A stretch of 63,870 bases of DNA, the filler included, from Cercozoa sp. M6MM (Eukaryota; Protista; Endomyxa: Ascetosporea): assembly GCA_040357565.1 (NCBI GenBank). It is 14 parts of 14 records of this genome, joined end to end, with 100 filler letters (N's around TTAATTAATTAA, not from the genome) between each part and the next. Parts side by side here need not be neighbours in the genome. Positions count along the whole stretch, not along the records: positions 39,155 to 47,734 come from JBDODJ010000524.1; positions 47,835 to 51,606 come from JBDODJ010001318.1; positions 51,707 to 54,959 come from JBDODJ010001537.1; positions 55,060 to 56,939 come from JBDODJ010001894.1; 10 more parts are not named here. The stretch is one strand, 5' to 3'. Positions within the stretch are counted from its first letter, which is position 1. The number at the start of each line of letters is the position of its first letter. The notes under the pieces were generated by a model, which had not been told where the DNA came from, did no database searches, and saw nothing but the letters and a program-made list of their open reading frames with translations. Of this stretch, positions 41,782-55,100 are shown in pieces. The translations under genes and the position numbers were made by a program.

Positions 41782-43468
41782 TTATTGTGGCACCATTCGG
41801 GCTGCACGAGAGGACCTTCGCGTGGTGACTTTGGGCGGCATGCTGAGTCGCCGCATCACTCGTTTCATTTGTTCTTTCGCTTTGAGTTTCTTCTGCAGGT
41901 CACTCAGTTCGTTCAGCTTGTCTGCATCGCTTTCTTCGCCCTGTTGACTCACAAGGATGAAGTCAACTGAGCTGACCTGTCAGTTTTACCAGTTGAATCC
42001 GATTGCTGCGTCGCTCGACGTTTAAAGCATCCCTGTGGATCTACAGTAAGCGAACGAGCAGTAATGTGTCGAGCATAATGAACTGCAGTACTAGAATATT
42101 GATAGCGAAACTTACTCGCTCAACTTCGCGTAGAAAAGCAGATTTTTGGGTTTTCTCGTCATCGCCAGGAAAGGAGAGTTTCGTTTCCAGTTGATGCTGT
42201 GTATCGGCACTTTGTCTTGCAAGTGCACATTGGCCTCGTTTAAACAAAGCACGTTCGACCAAAACGGCGTTTCGCTTCAGCAACAGTGAACGTCGCAGTT
42301 CCACCTGCTGCGACAAGGCTAAGTTGAGCGCATGCCTCGACAAACTGTTCGGCAAGAAGTATCGATCACTGTCGTCCTTTCCCAAAGACCAACTGGGCCG
42401 TGGTTCTTCAATCGATGACTTTGACGATTGGCACAGTGGGAGTGTGCTACCTTCGCTCGACGCTTTTGGTGTTTTCGGCGCGTACTTCCGTCGTGGTGGC
42501 GATCGTTTCTTCGTGACTGCTTGTAAATCTACAAGAGGCTTTTTCAGTTTCTTTCCCGGACTGAATCGGTCGAAACTTAAAGCTGTCGTCTTTGGCTCAC
42601 TGTAAAGAAAACACGAGAAGTGCAGCAGTTTGTGTTCTGTCGTCTCGCAGTTGGTGACGCGAATTAAGAAGTCAAAGTGCTCGCATGCGGTGGAAGCAAG
42701 TAATCCACTGAACCTCAGTTCGGCAGTTTCGAGCGCAGGAATCTCGCCTTCAATTGTTTCAAATCGCCACGACGCATCGTCGAAAGCTTGGACTTGCCAA
42801 TGTAGGCAGCTGTTGTTGCTTGTGTTTCGAAGAACAATGTTGCTCGAGGGTTCATCGTCTGTTTCGGAAACGTCAAAGTTGAGAAAGAAGGATTCGTTGG
42901 CACCCATAGAGTTTGCTAGCTCGCGCGCGCCGAGACGTGCCTTATCTCTGTGGTGCACAAAGCGATGTATCGACTGCTCCACCAAGCGAAGTGGCGCTTT
43001 GGCTTCCACTGTGACCCAGTCAGTTTCTCTGCTGCCTCCTTCAAACACAATCGGAAGCAACAAGCTTCCAGAGCAAACACTGTCTGTGCGAAGACTCCCC
43101 GTTGTTTCTGCGTAGCTGATTTCTAGCGCAAACTCTACCGTTTCGTTTAATGCGTTGAAGTTGCAGTTGCCGGTTTTCGCGAGCTTTTTCAACGACACAA
43201 CGTCACAACTCACAAATACTTCACGTGTGATGCCAGTTGCAAGCGTCGGGATGTCCAGGTCGATTTGGAATGCAGAACATAACCTAACACCAAAATCGCG
43301 ATGTTGATCGCCCCGTGGTAGCGGTAGGATTCGAGTTGAGACCCTGAGTGTCCGAGCATGGCAGTTCGTCAAAGCGATTGCGACGGTTTCTCGAGTCGAG
43401 TTGCCGCTGAAACTCACCCGCTCCTGAGAGGCCGTGAGCGCCCGACAGATCGCCATGCCCAGGCTCTC
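41782..43468 (-). CDS. Hypothetical protein with a ~1.4-kb exon and possible ASH/PapD-like beta-sandwich domains
   Basis: 471-codon open frame plus a last exon at ~41782-41976; IVLRNTSNNSCLHWQV...IEGEIPALETAELRF resembles ASH/MSP Ig-like repeats. Start not resolved. Confidence 0.6.
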
Positions 43469-43799
43469 TGTAATTTAAAGGAACAAGCTGGCAGCATGGA
43501 TCCTCAAAGTTCAGTCGCAATCACAAAGAGCTCTCATGGACGAGAAACGCCTGCGAAGAAACGAAGCGTTCAGTTGGAACGGCTCGAACAAACGGGAGCG
43601 CTCTAACTTAGGAATATTGAGGAGACGTGTGGATACTTTGGTTTATAGTTTGGTGCAGTAAAGTTTTTACTCCTGTACATTATTATCAGATCATTTGAAA
43701 GTGTACGTCAGCTTTCAGATTGCTACTGTATCAGTTTCAGTTCAGTTGCGCAAACCGACGGAACTGACTCAGTACCGGTATATTGTACATTAGGGACAG

Positions 43800-46700
43800 G
43801 TTACTTCTGGTGCCATCGAGTCACGACGCGAGCTACCCAAGATGAGCAAAGTCTGCTAGGCGGCGGGTCACCGTCACGTCACTAAGTCGTGCGCGAGCTG
43901 CATAGAGTCTGATATGAAACTATCCCTCGGGTACAGTAGTGAGTAGACTAAAGTTATGCAGCTGTCGTTTATGTTACCGCAGCCCGCTCAGATAGGAATT
44001 AAGCCTCGGTAAATTGAGGGTACTTTGCCAGATACAAAAGATTTAAGGAACGTAAGAATCACCAACCCTGGCCTCACAGCCACCTCTGGCCTCACCGCCA
44101 CCACTGGTTTCACCACCAACTCTGGCTTCACCGCCACCACTAGTTTCATCGTTAATTATCATTGCTCTACGGCAAGGGCCAGTGCCAACGGGCTTAGCGC
44201 CTCTTTCAACCATGCTCGCTTCAAAGCCAGCAAAGGCGCAACACCCAACCCCGGCCCCAGTCTGATCAATGCCACTTTGCGTGAACTCTGTTTGATACGC
44301 CCAACTAGGAGCTTCTGCGACCAAGCGGCGCGGAGATTCCGCCAACGACCCGCCGAGTTCACAGCAATAATGACACAATCTAAACAACACCTTGATGAGC
44401 AACTAACGTCGCTTGCACCCACTAGAAACCAACGAATCTTTAAACCAACCAGACGAGAACCCTATGGACCAAACCCGCCAACTAGGCACAACCTCCAAAA
44501 CCACTACCGAAAATACACCACAAGTGATGGTTAGAATAGGAGAAAAACGAAACAGAGCCTTGGCTGATATACAAGGAGCAGAGAGCGTAAACAACCGCAA
44601 TAAAAGAACAAGACACGCAGAAAATATCAGAGAAGAGAGAGACCACCCAAACGACGAGATCGTGATACCAGGTATGAGAGAGATTGGAATAGAAACCTAT
44701 GAGAGTGATGACAACAATGACAACGAACGTCACATTGATGAGATAGTTATACCAGACATGAGAGAAATAGGCCTAGAAGCATACATGATAGAACAAGAAG
44801 AAATCCTGGAACCTGAGACAGGACAGAAAAGAATAAAAGAACTGTACGAACGCGCAGACAAACGAGTTAAGCACAGGTGCACCGCAAGACGCACACTCAA
44901 CGGGGCAATGATACAGCAGGCCTTCAGGCGGGCAAAGATCGGGGCCCTACAAAACCACGCAGAAAGAAGTACGAAACTACACATCCTACACCAAAATGTG
45001 AACACCTTCAACAAGGAAAAACAACAGGAACTACTGAGCAGCATATACTGCCTGCAGCCCGAAGAAAGGCCGGACATCGTATGCTTAAGTGAAACCAGAC
45101 ACAACAACCCACCGCAAAGACTAAACGAATACGCACTGGTCGCCTCCATCGCGCCAAAACTATCCAAAGAAGACAACAAGACACTCCGAGAAGGCACACT
45201 GATATACAGCAAACACAAAGCACTGCTACACATTGTTGGTGTCTGGAACCCAGAAACATCCTCGTACATCCACCTAAGAGTGGGACAACATAAGAGAACG
45301 AGATTCCATCTATGGTACGCTTACATCCACCCAACCGACAGAAACTGCAAGGAACAAATGCAGCAACTGACAACTGACTTCAAGGAATTCCACAGCAGAA
45401 CACAGGAGCCTGGTCTCATTCTTGGCGACCTCAATGCAAAACACGCCAAGTGGTGTGCACATACCAGAGATCAAGCTGGATACTCCCAGGAACACGTAGA
45501 CAACGGTACAACGAGAACCACATCAGCGCGGGCGAACAAGCAAGGCATTGCCCTACAAGAAGCAATAGCTGAAAATGACTGGGAGATACTCAACAAGTAC
45601 ACTCCAACCCACAGCTACAGAGTCCGAGGAGAGGCAGAGGCCAAGCCCAGAACAACGATAGACCTCGCGATAGCTGACAGTGTCATCTCAGCACAATCTA
45701 CAATATCGGTCTACGATCACCTGCACTTCCTATACAGCGACCACCACGCTGTTATGGTCACAGTAGAACGAGCAGTGCGTAAACCAAAACACACCATACG
45801 GAGAAAGAACTACAAGAAGATAGACCTCCAAAAATACAAAGAACATGAATCGATTCGACTGCTATCACAAGAGAGAGATGTGGACAACATCGAGCAAATC
45901 AATGACACAGTCGAAGACATCACCAAAGCCATGCAGGAAGCCATAGAAGAGGCAACACCCACCAAAATAATCACCCAACACTCATGCCTAGGCATATCGG
46001 TCGACTCGATAAAAATCAAGAGGAACACATATAGCACCATGAAACTCGTTAAGGAACTGAAAAACAAAAATGAAGATGCGTCTGAACTCGAAGCACTCCT
46101 CAAAAACATGAGAAAACAACTCAGACAAAGCCTTCGCATTGATAGACAAGCACTATGGCAGGAGAGAGTGGCCAGACTAAACGCACACACAACAATCGGG
46201 GAGACCACTCGACTACTGAGAAACATCAATGACAGAGAAACAAATGGCGCTACCAGAGCCTCAACAATTGAGGGTGCCTCAGAAGACAAAGCCATCGCAG
46301 AGATCTTCGCAGAACACTTACAAAAGAAAACCACACTAGACTGGTCCCAATTCGCAATGAACGATGAAGTACTCGGAGAGAACAGATTTGCACAACAACA
46401 CCAAGAGGTGTTACAACAAGCAGCACAACTGCAACAAGCACCAAAACTATGGACGATGGACGAACTGGAAGCTGCAATCAACACTCTTCCGCCATTCAAG
46501 GCACCTGGCAGAGACAAAATCATGAACCACCACATCATACACCTACCAGATGAGACCAAACAACTGCTACTGAAGGTCTACAATGCCTGTCTCACACATG
46601 GGTACTTCCCGAAGGCATGGAAACATGCAACTATAGTGATGCTACCCAAGCCGGGCAAGGACTGTACAAAGGCAGCTTCCTACCGACCCATCTCGCTGCT

Positions 46701-47734
46701 GCCGTGCCTCGGCAAGCTACTGGACAAACTCATGAACGAGAGAGCATCCCAACAAATGAACACACAGTATGTATCCAAGTACCAATCTGGGTGGAAACAA
46801 CACATGTCAACGCTAGACACACTGGCTTACATACAACAGCAGGCAGAAATGGCAAAGAGAGCAGGTGAGTACATGACAGTCATTAGTCTAGACATCAAAG
46901 GCTTCTTCGACAAGCTCCACAAAGAGGGCGCAATCATTGCCCTGTCTAAACATGTGAATGGCGAAGAACTGCTACTCATGGAGTCCTTCCTCTCAGACAG
47001 AACTATCTCGGTGAGAAGAAACGACACCGAATCAACAGACAAACAAGTCAACGGCAGTACTCCCCAAGGGGCCATCTGCAGCCCTCTACTCGCAAAGACC
47101 TTCCTCGATGACATGCACATACAACTGCAAAGAACAGGAGAACACATGAAACGACACCCCCCGTAGTTATAAAATTAAAGGAGCAGTAACCACTGCACAC
47201 AGTGTCGGATACGCCGATGACTCATACGTCATAGTAAGGACAACAAAGAGATCAGACATGCAGGAAGCTTGTAAGCGCCTCTTGGACACGGCCACCACCT
47301 GGGCAAAACGCAACGGCGTGGAATTTGCACCCACAAAGACTCAGTTCATCCAACTGGGAACGAAGACAATCAGAGACCTCAAAATCAGAATGAAAACACT
47401 GTCCCACGACAACGAGAGAGAAGACATTAAGCAAGTCGACAAAATGAGAATCTTAGGTCTCCTCATAGACAGAAACCTGTCATACGAGGCACACGCAGAG
47501 CAACTACACCACAAAATCACTCAAAGGATCAACACACTGAAAAGACTGATATACACGAGGTCTGGACTCACACAATACCTAGCGGTACAGATCTACAAAG
47601 CATGGATACTGTCATGCGCTCGATACGGCATCGCGCTCTGGTGGCACAAAATAGGCAGCACAAAATGGAGGAGAAAACTCGAAATAACACAACGCACCGC
47701 CCTGAGGATCTGCATGAGACTACCCACGAGCTCT
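43800..47734 (+). mobile_element. Non-LTR retrotransposon (LINE) with APE endonuclease and reverse transcriptase, 3' end cut by the contig edge
   Basis: Intronless, A-rich sense strand. APE motifs ILHQNVN, PDIVCLSET, LGDLNAKH, TIDLAI, SDHH; RT motifs KAPGRD, YRPISLL, LDIKGFFD, PQGAICSP, YADD. 5' boundary approximate. Confidence 0.95.
44407..47734 (+). pseudogene. LINE APE-RT reading frame broken by a +1 frameshift just before YADD
   Basis: The frame stops at 47164-47166. Removing one C from the C6 run at 47157-47162 restores HPRSYKIKGAVTTAHSVGYADD (YADD at 47210-47221). Confidence 0.8.
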
Positions 47735-47834
47735 NNNNNNNNNNNNNNNNNNNNNNNNNNNNNNNNNNNNNNNNNNNNTTAATTAATTAANNNNNNNNNN
47801 NNNNNNNNNNNNNNNNNNNNNNNNNNNNNNNNNN

Positions 47835-47885
<51 letters not shown>

Positions 47886-47977
47886 ACAGACACACAGACA
47901 CACAGACACACAGACACAGATACAGACACAGACACGGACACAAGTACAATACAAAAGTACTAGAGAGGTCAAGGTAC

Positions 47978-49866
47978 GCATGGTGCAGGTGCTTAACTCC
48001 CGTCGGTGTGCACTGCAGTTGCAGTCCCTGCAGTCATCTGGAGTAACAGGCGACGGGGAACAGCATTTCAGCTGAGTGGCTCACCTGTCGCTGCACAAAG
48101 TGCGTCGACGCACCGTTGGCATACGCAGTTTGCACGACGCCCACCGTGAAGCGATCGGTCAGATTGGCGGCACTCAGCAGCGATCGCAACAGACACGTGA
48201 AAACGATCAGCTCGCGATCACCGTCCACCAGCGACGCCGACGATGATCCCGATGAGGCTGCAAAGTACACGAGACGGTCAGCGTCACCGTCACACGAGGC
48301 ATACCGCGCGCCGTCTTCGCCCTGCACTTTTTTGGGTAGTGACTGGACATATATACGCATTTCCAGGAATGACATACCGTCACATTGACCGGCAGTGTCC
48401 GCGCCTTCTGCACGTGTTCCGAACCGCAACCGTCGTTGACCTTCTGCTTTCGTTAAGAGTGCCTCATAACAACTCTTGCATCGCATCGTTTAAGGCGTAC
48501 CTCCGGGTGCTCGGGGTCCGGCAGATTGACCAGCTGCATCTGAAGCTTCTGTTTTTCCAAACAACAAACCCTCAGTTGGCTGTACACTCTCAATTAACTT
48601 GAGTATAGAGAGTATAGTGTACCTCCGATACAAGCGGCGCAATGTCGCCGAATGCATTGCCACCAACACCTACACACAAGATAGTCAGGAGTGCATCCGT
48701 TGGGAGGGAAGAACAAGCATACCGTTGGCACAATCGATGACAACAGTGCCCAGTGAGTCCGCGGAAGGACTCATCAACTGCACACGTTTGCATTTGACGA
48801 CACATGAAAACAACATGGACGCAAAAGGTACGTTGAGGATGTCCAAAAAGGCCTGTGACAGCGTGCGCGAGTAGGCCTCATTCGACATGAGCTTGCGCTC
48901 CTGTTCCTCGTCTAAGGCACTTGAGTAAGCAGCACACCAGCACACATTTGAGTTGGCACATGTCAAAAAGTACCACCGAGACAATGCTGCAGCTGACGCA
49001 CGGCCCAGTGCAACTGCGGCGTCGAACACGGTCGGTCGAAGCGAAGCACACGTGCGCCCAGTGCCTCGGCACCCTGTCTATTTACACAGGCATCGACAGG
49101 TTCAATCACACCAGGGTCATGTGTGCCTGTGTGTACCGACACAGATCAGCCAGTCGCGGACTGTGCGCACGTGTGTCGTGACCGACCACAACCGTCACAT
49201 CAGAGGCGGCTTCTTCCGTGACACCGTTGGCCAGCAGGATGCTCTGCAGCACCGACGACAGCTGCTGCTCCGGCGCGTTCGCGACGCCTGCACAGTGCGA
49301 AAGCAGTGTTGACAGGGGACAACAAAAAAGATGGTAGAATGAGTGTTACCAGTGGCAAGTGACTCCCACTCAGCACGCATCATTTCGCCACTGGGGTCTG
49401 CCTACTTGCATCGAGGGTAGAAAGACACAAAGGGATCCGGCAGGAAGGGTATTGTGTACCAACTTGATGCCATTGTCGGCATGCTGGTTGTGTGACGCCG
49501 TGATCATCACGCCCACTGCCGTTGACTTGCTGTGTTATAGATGTGTCACTTCTGTAAGGGGTGACTGACAGACCCAGTGTACCCAGAGGCTTGCGCACAG
49601 GTCGCAGCACGCACAGCAGCGAACATGCCCATACGCAGCACTGCACATCACGCCGTACAAGACTCGGTCAGCACGCAAACTAACAAAGCAAACCCGTAGA
49701 CGGCAGACGTTCCGCCTTGGTGCGGAAACCCGCCGTTCCGTAACTGCAATGCACTCAAAATCATAAAAAACAACACGCCGCGTCTTGGCTTTTGCAAATA
49801 CCTGTACTCCCCCTGGCGGGGATGCTCGTTTGCGAGCGCCTCGATGTGCTGAGCGTTCAACCTCAT
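47978..49866 (-). CDS. PGM3: Phosphoacetylglucosamine mutase, 3' partial
   Basis: YGTAGFR, GVMITASHN, DNGIKL, GHDTR, IDCANGVG, CDGDADRLVYF, VDGDR, GVVQTAYANG, TPTGVKHLHH. Confidence 0.95.
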
Positions 49867-50045
49867 CTGCCACACCGGTGTACAGCAGCCAAAACTACTT
49901 GCAATTCACCGCTAGGTTTTCGGCTCTCGCGGTCTGTTTTGGTGTGCTTTTGATTTTGTTTTTGAACACACAACTTCGGCTCACTTCTTCTAACACAATC
50001 TCTTGCGTTAGTAGGTGTGCGCTCGTGCGGTGGTGTGTCGTGAAA

Positions 50046-51525
50046 ATGGTATTGTAAACATTCATGTGGCGCGATCTAGAAATGTCTTTTTTGCTGTTGC
50101 TTGCAACCTTTGGGGCTATTAATCCTTCTGTGCAGACGCTCATCGCAATTTCGGTGCTCAGTGAGGCCGGCAAGGGTACTTTTATGCACTCCCCATGTTA
50201 AACGTGGCGTACCTCATGTCAATGTCGATTTGGTACTGCAGTCTTGCTGTCACGCCAGTTCGTGTCGCTTAGCAAGGCGCGGATCGACGAGATCCTCGGC
50301 GCCTTTCCGAAACTCGTAGCTGCGCAGGTATTGTAGCTCGTGTAGCATGTTATTTGCAATTTGCGCTGCTGTGGTCGTGTAGGGCACGAAGGGAACCGTG
50401 CTTGAGGCCGCATCGGTGCGATATGTGTACCAGCGACTGGGCGAGCTATTCGTGGTGCTCGTCACTTCAGTTCGAGGCAGCAACATCGTCGAAGACTGTA
50501 CCTTTAGACCTCTATACTTTTGCAAATGGCTCTGAGGTATCCTGCGAGTAGTGGACACACTGCGATTGGTGGCGAAATTGGTGCCACGATTCTGCGAGGG
50601 AACGGTACCATTTCTGACTGCTTTCGTTGACTCATTGTGCGTTATTGTACGCTGTATTTATTGCATAGACTGCTGCCGACGTTGTGCTGAGACAGTTCGA
50701 ATTGTTGTTTGCACTTGATGAGGTTTGTTCAATTGTGATGCACGTCGGCATCCTACCTTGTATGGTGTCGTAGGTCGCTGCGCTGGGTCATTCAGAGCAT
50801 ACGACGCTGCGACAGGTGCGTCCACTTGCTTTCATGTCTGTCTATCACTGTAGCTGCATCACCGCTTGAAATTAAACAGGTCTGCGCCTTTGCCGATATG
50901 GAGTCGCAGGAGGAGAAGCTGCAGGACATTGTGCGTGTCTCACGCGAGAAGGTGCGCTGTGTCCATCACGTGTCCAAATGGTAACACACACGTTTGTGCA
51001 CTCGCAGGAGGCGCAAGAGTTGATGCGTCGGCGCGCTGCCGAAATCACACAAAAGTAGACTTCCACAAAAGTGTCTGTACGTACAATACGTTTATATGCC
51101 TGTGTTGCAGGAAGAAGGAACTGGCGAAATTCGAGCGCATGGGAGCCAGTGCAGGTATGCTCTCCCATCATGAGATATCCCGGCCACCACTTATTTGACA
51201 CATCTGTTTAGGTGTCGATCCCGCCCTTCTCTTGGGTGCAACGACAGGCACCGGCAGCATCGGTTCGCTGCCATCACAGCCGGTCGTCTCGGCACCACCC
51301 ACAATGCGTATCCACTGACTTGACCCCTCCCCTCTGTACTATCACCTTGTGTATCCCTCTGTACTATTACAGCAGTCCAGTCGACACAGCGCTCGCGTGG
51401 TTTGAACCTCGCCTCAGAACGACAGAGCGTACCTTATTGGTGCTAACTTGTATTGTTCTGTACCTGTACTCTATGCGTAGGACGACCTTGCTCAATCACT
51501 GGGTGCTGCCGCTGCCGGCACGAGT
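50046..51525 (+). CDS. ARCN1: Coatomer subunit delta, 3' partial
   Basis: ATG-only first coding exon, then TLIAISVLSEAGKVLLSRQFV...GAFPKL...VRYVYQRLGELFVVLVT...SNIVEDLDTLRL. Confidence 0.92.
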
Positions 51526-51552
51526 GTACACCTTCCTTTGTGTGCGTGTGTG

Positions 51553-51606
<54 letters not shown>

Positions 51607-51707
51607 NNNNNNNNNNNNNNNNNNNNNNNNNNNNNNNNNNNNNNNNNNNNTTAATTAATTAANNNNNNNNNNNNNNNNNNNNNNNNNNNNNNNNNNNNNN
51701 NNNNNNT

Positions 51708-51767
<60 letters not shown>

Positions 51768-51779
51768 CGAGTCTGTGAC

Positions 51780-52551
51780 TGCTTGCAGTGCTTGAGAAAA
51801 AATACGCAGTCGGTGTCGCCAAGATCCAGGCTCGCTATGCAGCATGTGCTCAATCTCGGCGTGCTCCAGCGTACCGACCCGAATGCCGTCCAAGAAGGAC
51901 ACATGCAGCGGTGCACCTGGACCAATGCACGCGGCAAAGTCACTCAACTCGGCCACGTGGCGGCCTTTCGAGCACGCCGGCAGCGTCACTGACGCGCGTT
52001 TGAGGCCGTCCATAATCTTATGTGCTTCTGTAGATACAGCACAGTAGGTGCACAAAGACACACACGGTACAGAGAGAGGGAGAGAGGAGAGAGGGGAAGA
52101 GATTTGTTACTGTCCATCGGAATCGCGACTTCCTGCACGCACTGTCCCAGAGAATGTCGCAACTTCTCCGACACGTCGGCCAGTGATTTGGCCTTGGCGT
52201 TTACTCGCACGAGGTTACCAAAGGTGCAGACGCACATCCTACAGAACACGACTCGGAGGTGAGAGAACAGGACGCATCCCTAGTCAAGTTCAGTGCATTT
52301 ACCCATCACACTCGGTATCCTGCCCGTGCACATTGTAGTCGAACGCTTCTATGCTCTCACACGCGACAAGCGCCACTATAGTGGCGTCCAATGGCGCTCC
52401 AGGAGGCACCGCCCGAAGCGCCAACTGCAACCGAGCAAACAACACTTTTTTTTTTAAACTACCAGTCATCGCAGTGAAAGCAGCTTTGCAGTCGCTGGAC
52501 AGAAGAAAGTATGCGCATCGTCCTACCACAAGTGAATCGTCCTGCTGCATG
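51780..52551 (-). CDS. Hypothetical protein, 3' partial
   Basis: Several open exons with GT-AG-bounded gaps and a (TG)n intron at the contig edge; no family recognised. Confidence 0.45.
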
Positions 52552-52886
52552 AGGTTGTGCGCCTTGATCGGCGACGGTGTCTTGATCAAACGGGCGCCCA
52601 CACGACTTTCTCTGATCGATCCTTACAAACCGTCTGGGGTGCCAAGCGAAGTGCCCAGGCTGCGTTTGTGCCTAGCCCAAACTCAATTCAACGCACTAAG
52701 ACTGTCCTTTCACGCCACCAAGCCGGTTAAACCTAGTTTTGGAGGGAGGATTAATTCTGAGCCGATAGAATAAACTCAACGAGCCCAAACGGAAAAGAAC
52801 ACCACGCGTCCCGCGCCGTAAAACAAACGTTTTTTTGACACGTTGCATAGCTCGACCTTCACCCCATCGACCCGTGTGCGTGCAGA

Positions 52887-54036
52887 ATGATCGACGAAGA
52901 GGTGCTGCATCCTTGCTCTGCCGATTTTGACATCACTTTTGGGCTGGCGTCCTTCAGCCCCCCTGAGCGATACCTGCACCCGTGTGTTGTCTTGTGCTCA
53001 GAAGCTGTATGAGGCCATCCACTCCGGCAACCTGGCCGGCGTGCAGGCGGCTCACGACCCGGCCGATCAGGCGTATCGCATCTGTGATCTGTTGTTCTGT
53101 CTGTGCGGGGTGATCTTGCCACGTTTCTGGTAGTCGCCTTGATGAGGAGTACAAGAAGGAGGGCGCCGAGATGGGCTTCCAGACGTACCTTTTGTCTACA
53201 CACGCGTTGCGTACCTGTTGCAACCCTGTGGCACCCCATGTGATTGTGTCTTGTGTCCGCAGTCCGCTCATGATCGCCGCGCAGCACGGCATGCTCGAGA
53301 TCGTCAAGTACCTCGTTGTTGAAGGCAAGTCTGACACGCGCTTGAAGGATTCGGCCGGTGCCACTGCCGAAGACCTTGCTCGTACCCCTCGCCTGCTCTG
53401 TGCGCTGCGGGTCGAGTGTGCGATGTGCTTGCTGTTGCTTGACCTCAGGTGATCACGGACAGGCTGCTGTGGCCGACTTCCTTGCCGGTACCTTGTGTCA
53501 ACTGTTGTGTTAGTTTTTCCACGTCGCGTTATGTGCACAGGCCACGTCACGCAGGCCTCGTTCGCCGAGCTCGCTGCGCAGAAGGAGCAGGAGGAGCACC
53601 GCCGCCGTCTCGCTGTATATAGCTTACACTCCCTACGCCCTTGCCCTACCGTACCCACCCCGTGTAGGCCTGGAAGGCGCAGAAGGCGCGTGGTGCCGCG
53701 CCGCCGCCGCCGCCTGCGGCCGCGGAGTTTCAGGTCGGCAAGCAGATTGAGCTGTTCTACCCGATGAGCAAGTGCTGGGTCACGGCCACGATTATTCAGA
53801 CACGCGGTAGGCCCTAGCCCTGCTTCCTCCCTCCTTGTCCTCGACTTTTGCTTGTGCGCACAAACAGGCGATGGCTCCAACAACCGCCTGCTTCGCGGAC
53901 CGGACGGACGCGAGTGGTGGCAGGACCTTTCGCAGATCCGGTATGCTATCCCTCTCCCTCCCCCTGCAAACCCAGCTCTCGACACTTGTTGTCGGTGTGC
54001 AGTCCCCAGCATGTGCGTCAACGCTCGTTTGGCTAA
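52887..54036 (+). CDS. Ankyrin-repeat protein with a small C-terminal beta-barrel-like (Tudor/SH3-like) domain
   Basis: TPLMIAAQHGMLEIVKYLV...DSAGATAEDLA, a poly-Pro linker, then FQVGKQIELFYPMSKCWVTATII. Complete frame through GT-AG introns. Confidence 0.8.
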
Positions 54037-54454
54037 GACTGGGCAAAGATGCACCGGGAAAGAACTCGCGCCAGGCGCCGCGGTTGCATCTGAGCGCAGT
54101 TCCAGTTTTTGAGGCGTCGCGATCGTGGCCCGGGTCTGCGTGTACGCGTCGGTTTTGACTGAACTGAACTGAACTGTTTTTTAATTATCAAGAAAGTGAC
54201 TACGACTAGAGGTATGCCCCGGATTGGCGGAGCGTTTTTGAAAAATCCAACCGTTACTTTGGCTTTCCTAAGTTTCCTTGACTGACCTTATCATTTGCCC
54301 TTGGTTGTCTGGTACGTTTAGATAGTTACTGCACCCCCTGGAAGGTTATCACTTTTTTGACGATAGGGATTTCCCCCCGTACGACGCCAAAGAATAAAAG
54401 CGCCACGCCAACCCGGACGTAACCCAAAGAAACTAAAGCTCGCGCAGACGTCGG

Positions 54455-54929
54455 TTACTTGCCACTGACGACGGCGTCCGGGTTGTTGAGAATGCCCGGC
54501 TGTAACGAACGACAAAGCATGGCATACCCCATTAGACACAGACAACAGAATAGTGCAACAGTAAGCAGCAGTACGCGATAGGTCATGTCGCCACGGAAGT
54601 CGAGAGGAATGCTGTAGTCGTACAGCTCTCGCAGTGACTGCACAAGGCACAATGAGTACTGGAGTACTGGACATGCAAGCCCAGAGGACAGAACGACGCA
54701 CGATGGCTGTGCCGTGCGGGTTGCCGGTGAGTTCCTTGGCCACCTCGACGCGCTCCTTGGTTTCGGCCATTGCTTGCTGCCAGGCCTCGTCTGTCCCAGA
54801 CATGGAAACACTCGAACCAAACACATGAACACGCGCGCGAGATAAGTGAGGCTACAGTCGACATCGCTCGTGTGCTCCTCGGCAAACTGACGCCACTGTG
54901 CGCGGTTCTCGTGCATCACATGTTGACCT
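54455..54929 (-). CDS. C-terminal exons of a hypothetical protein
   Basis: Frame-consistent splicing ending ...PGILNNPDAVVSGK*. Confidence 0.6.
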
Positions 54930-55059
54930 ATGCAATATATATATATATATATATATATANNNNNNNNNNNNNNNNNNNNNNNNNNNNNNNNNNNNNNNNN
55001 NNNTTAATTAATTAANNNNNNNNNNNNNNNNNNNNNNNNNNNNNNNNNNNNNNNNNNNN

Positions 55060-55089
<30 letters not shown>

Positions 55090-55100
<11 letters not shown>

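Noticed and set aside
43820-43955. HDV-like or hammerhead ribozyme at the LINE 5' end (CACGAC/GTCGTG with ACTAA; AGCTGCATA/TATGCAGCT hairpin; CTGATATGAAAC)
   Set aside because: No proper P1/P3/L3 of an HDV-like fold and no CUGANGA core can be built by eye; a descriptor search would be needed.
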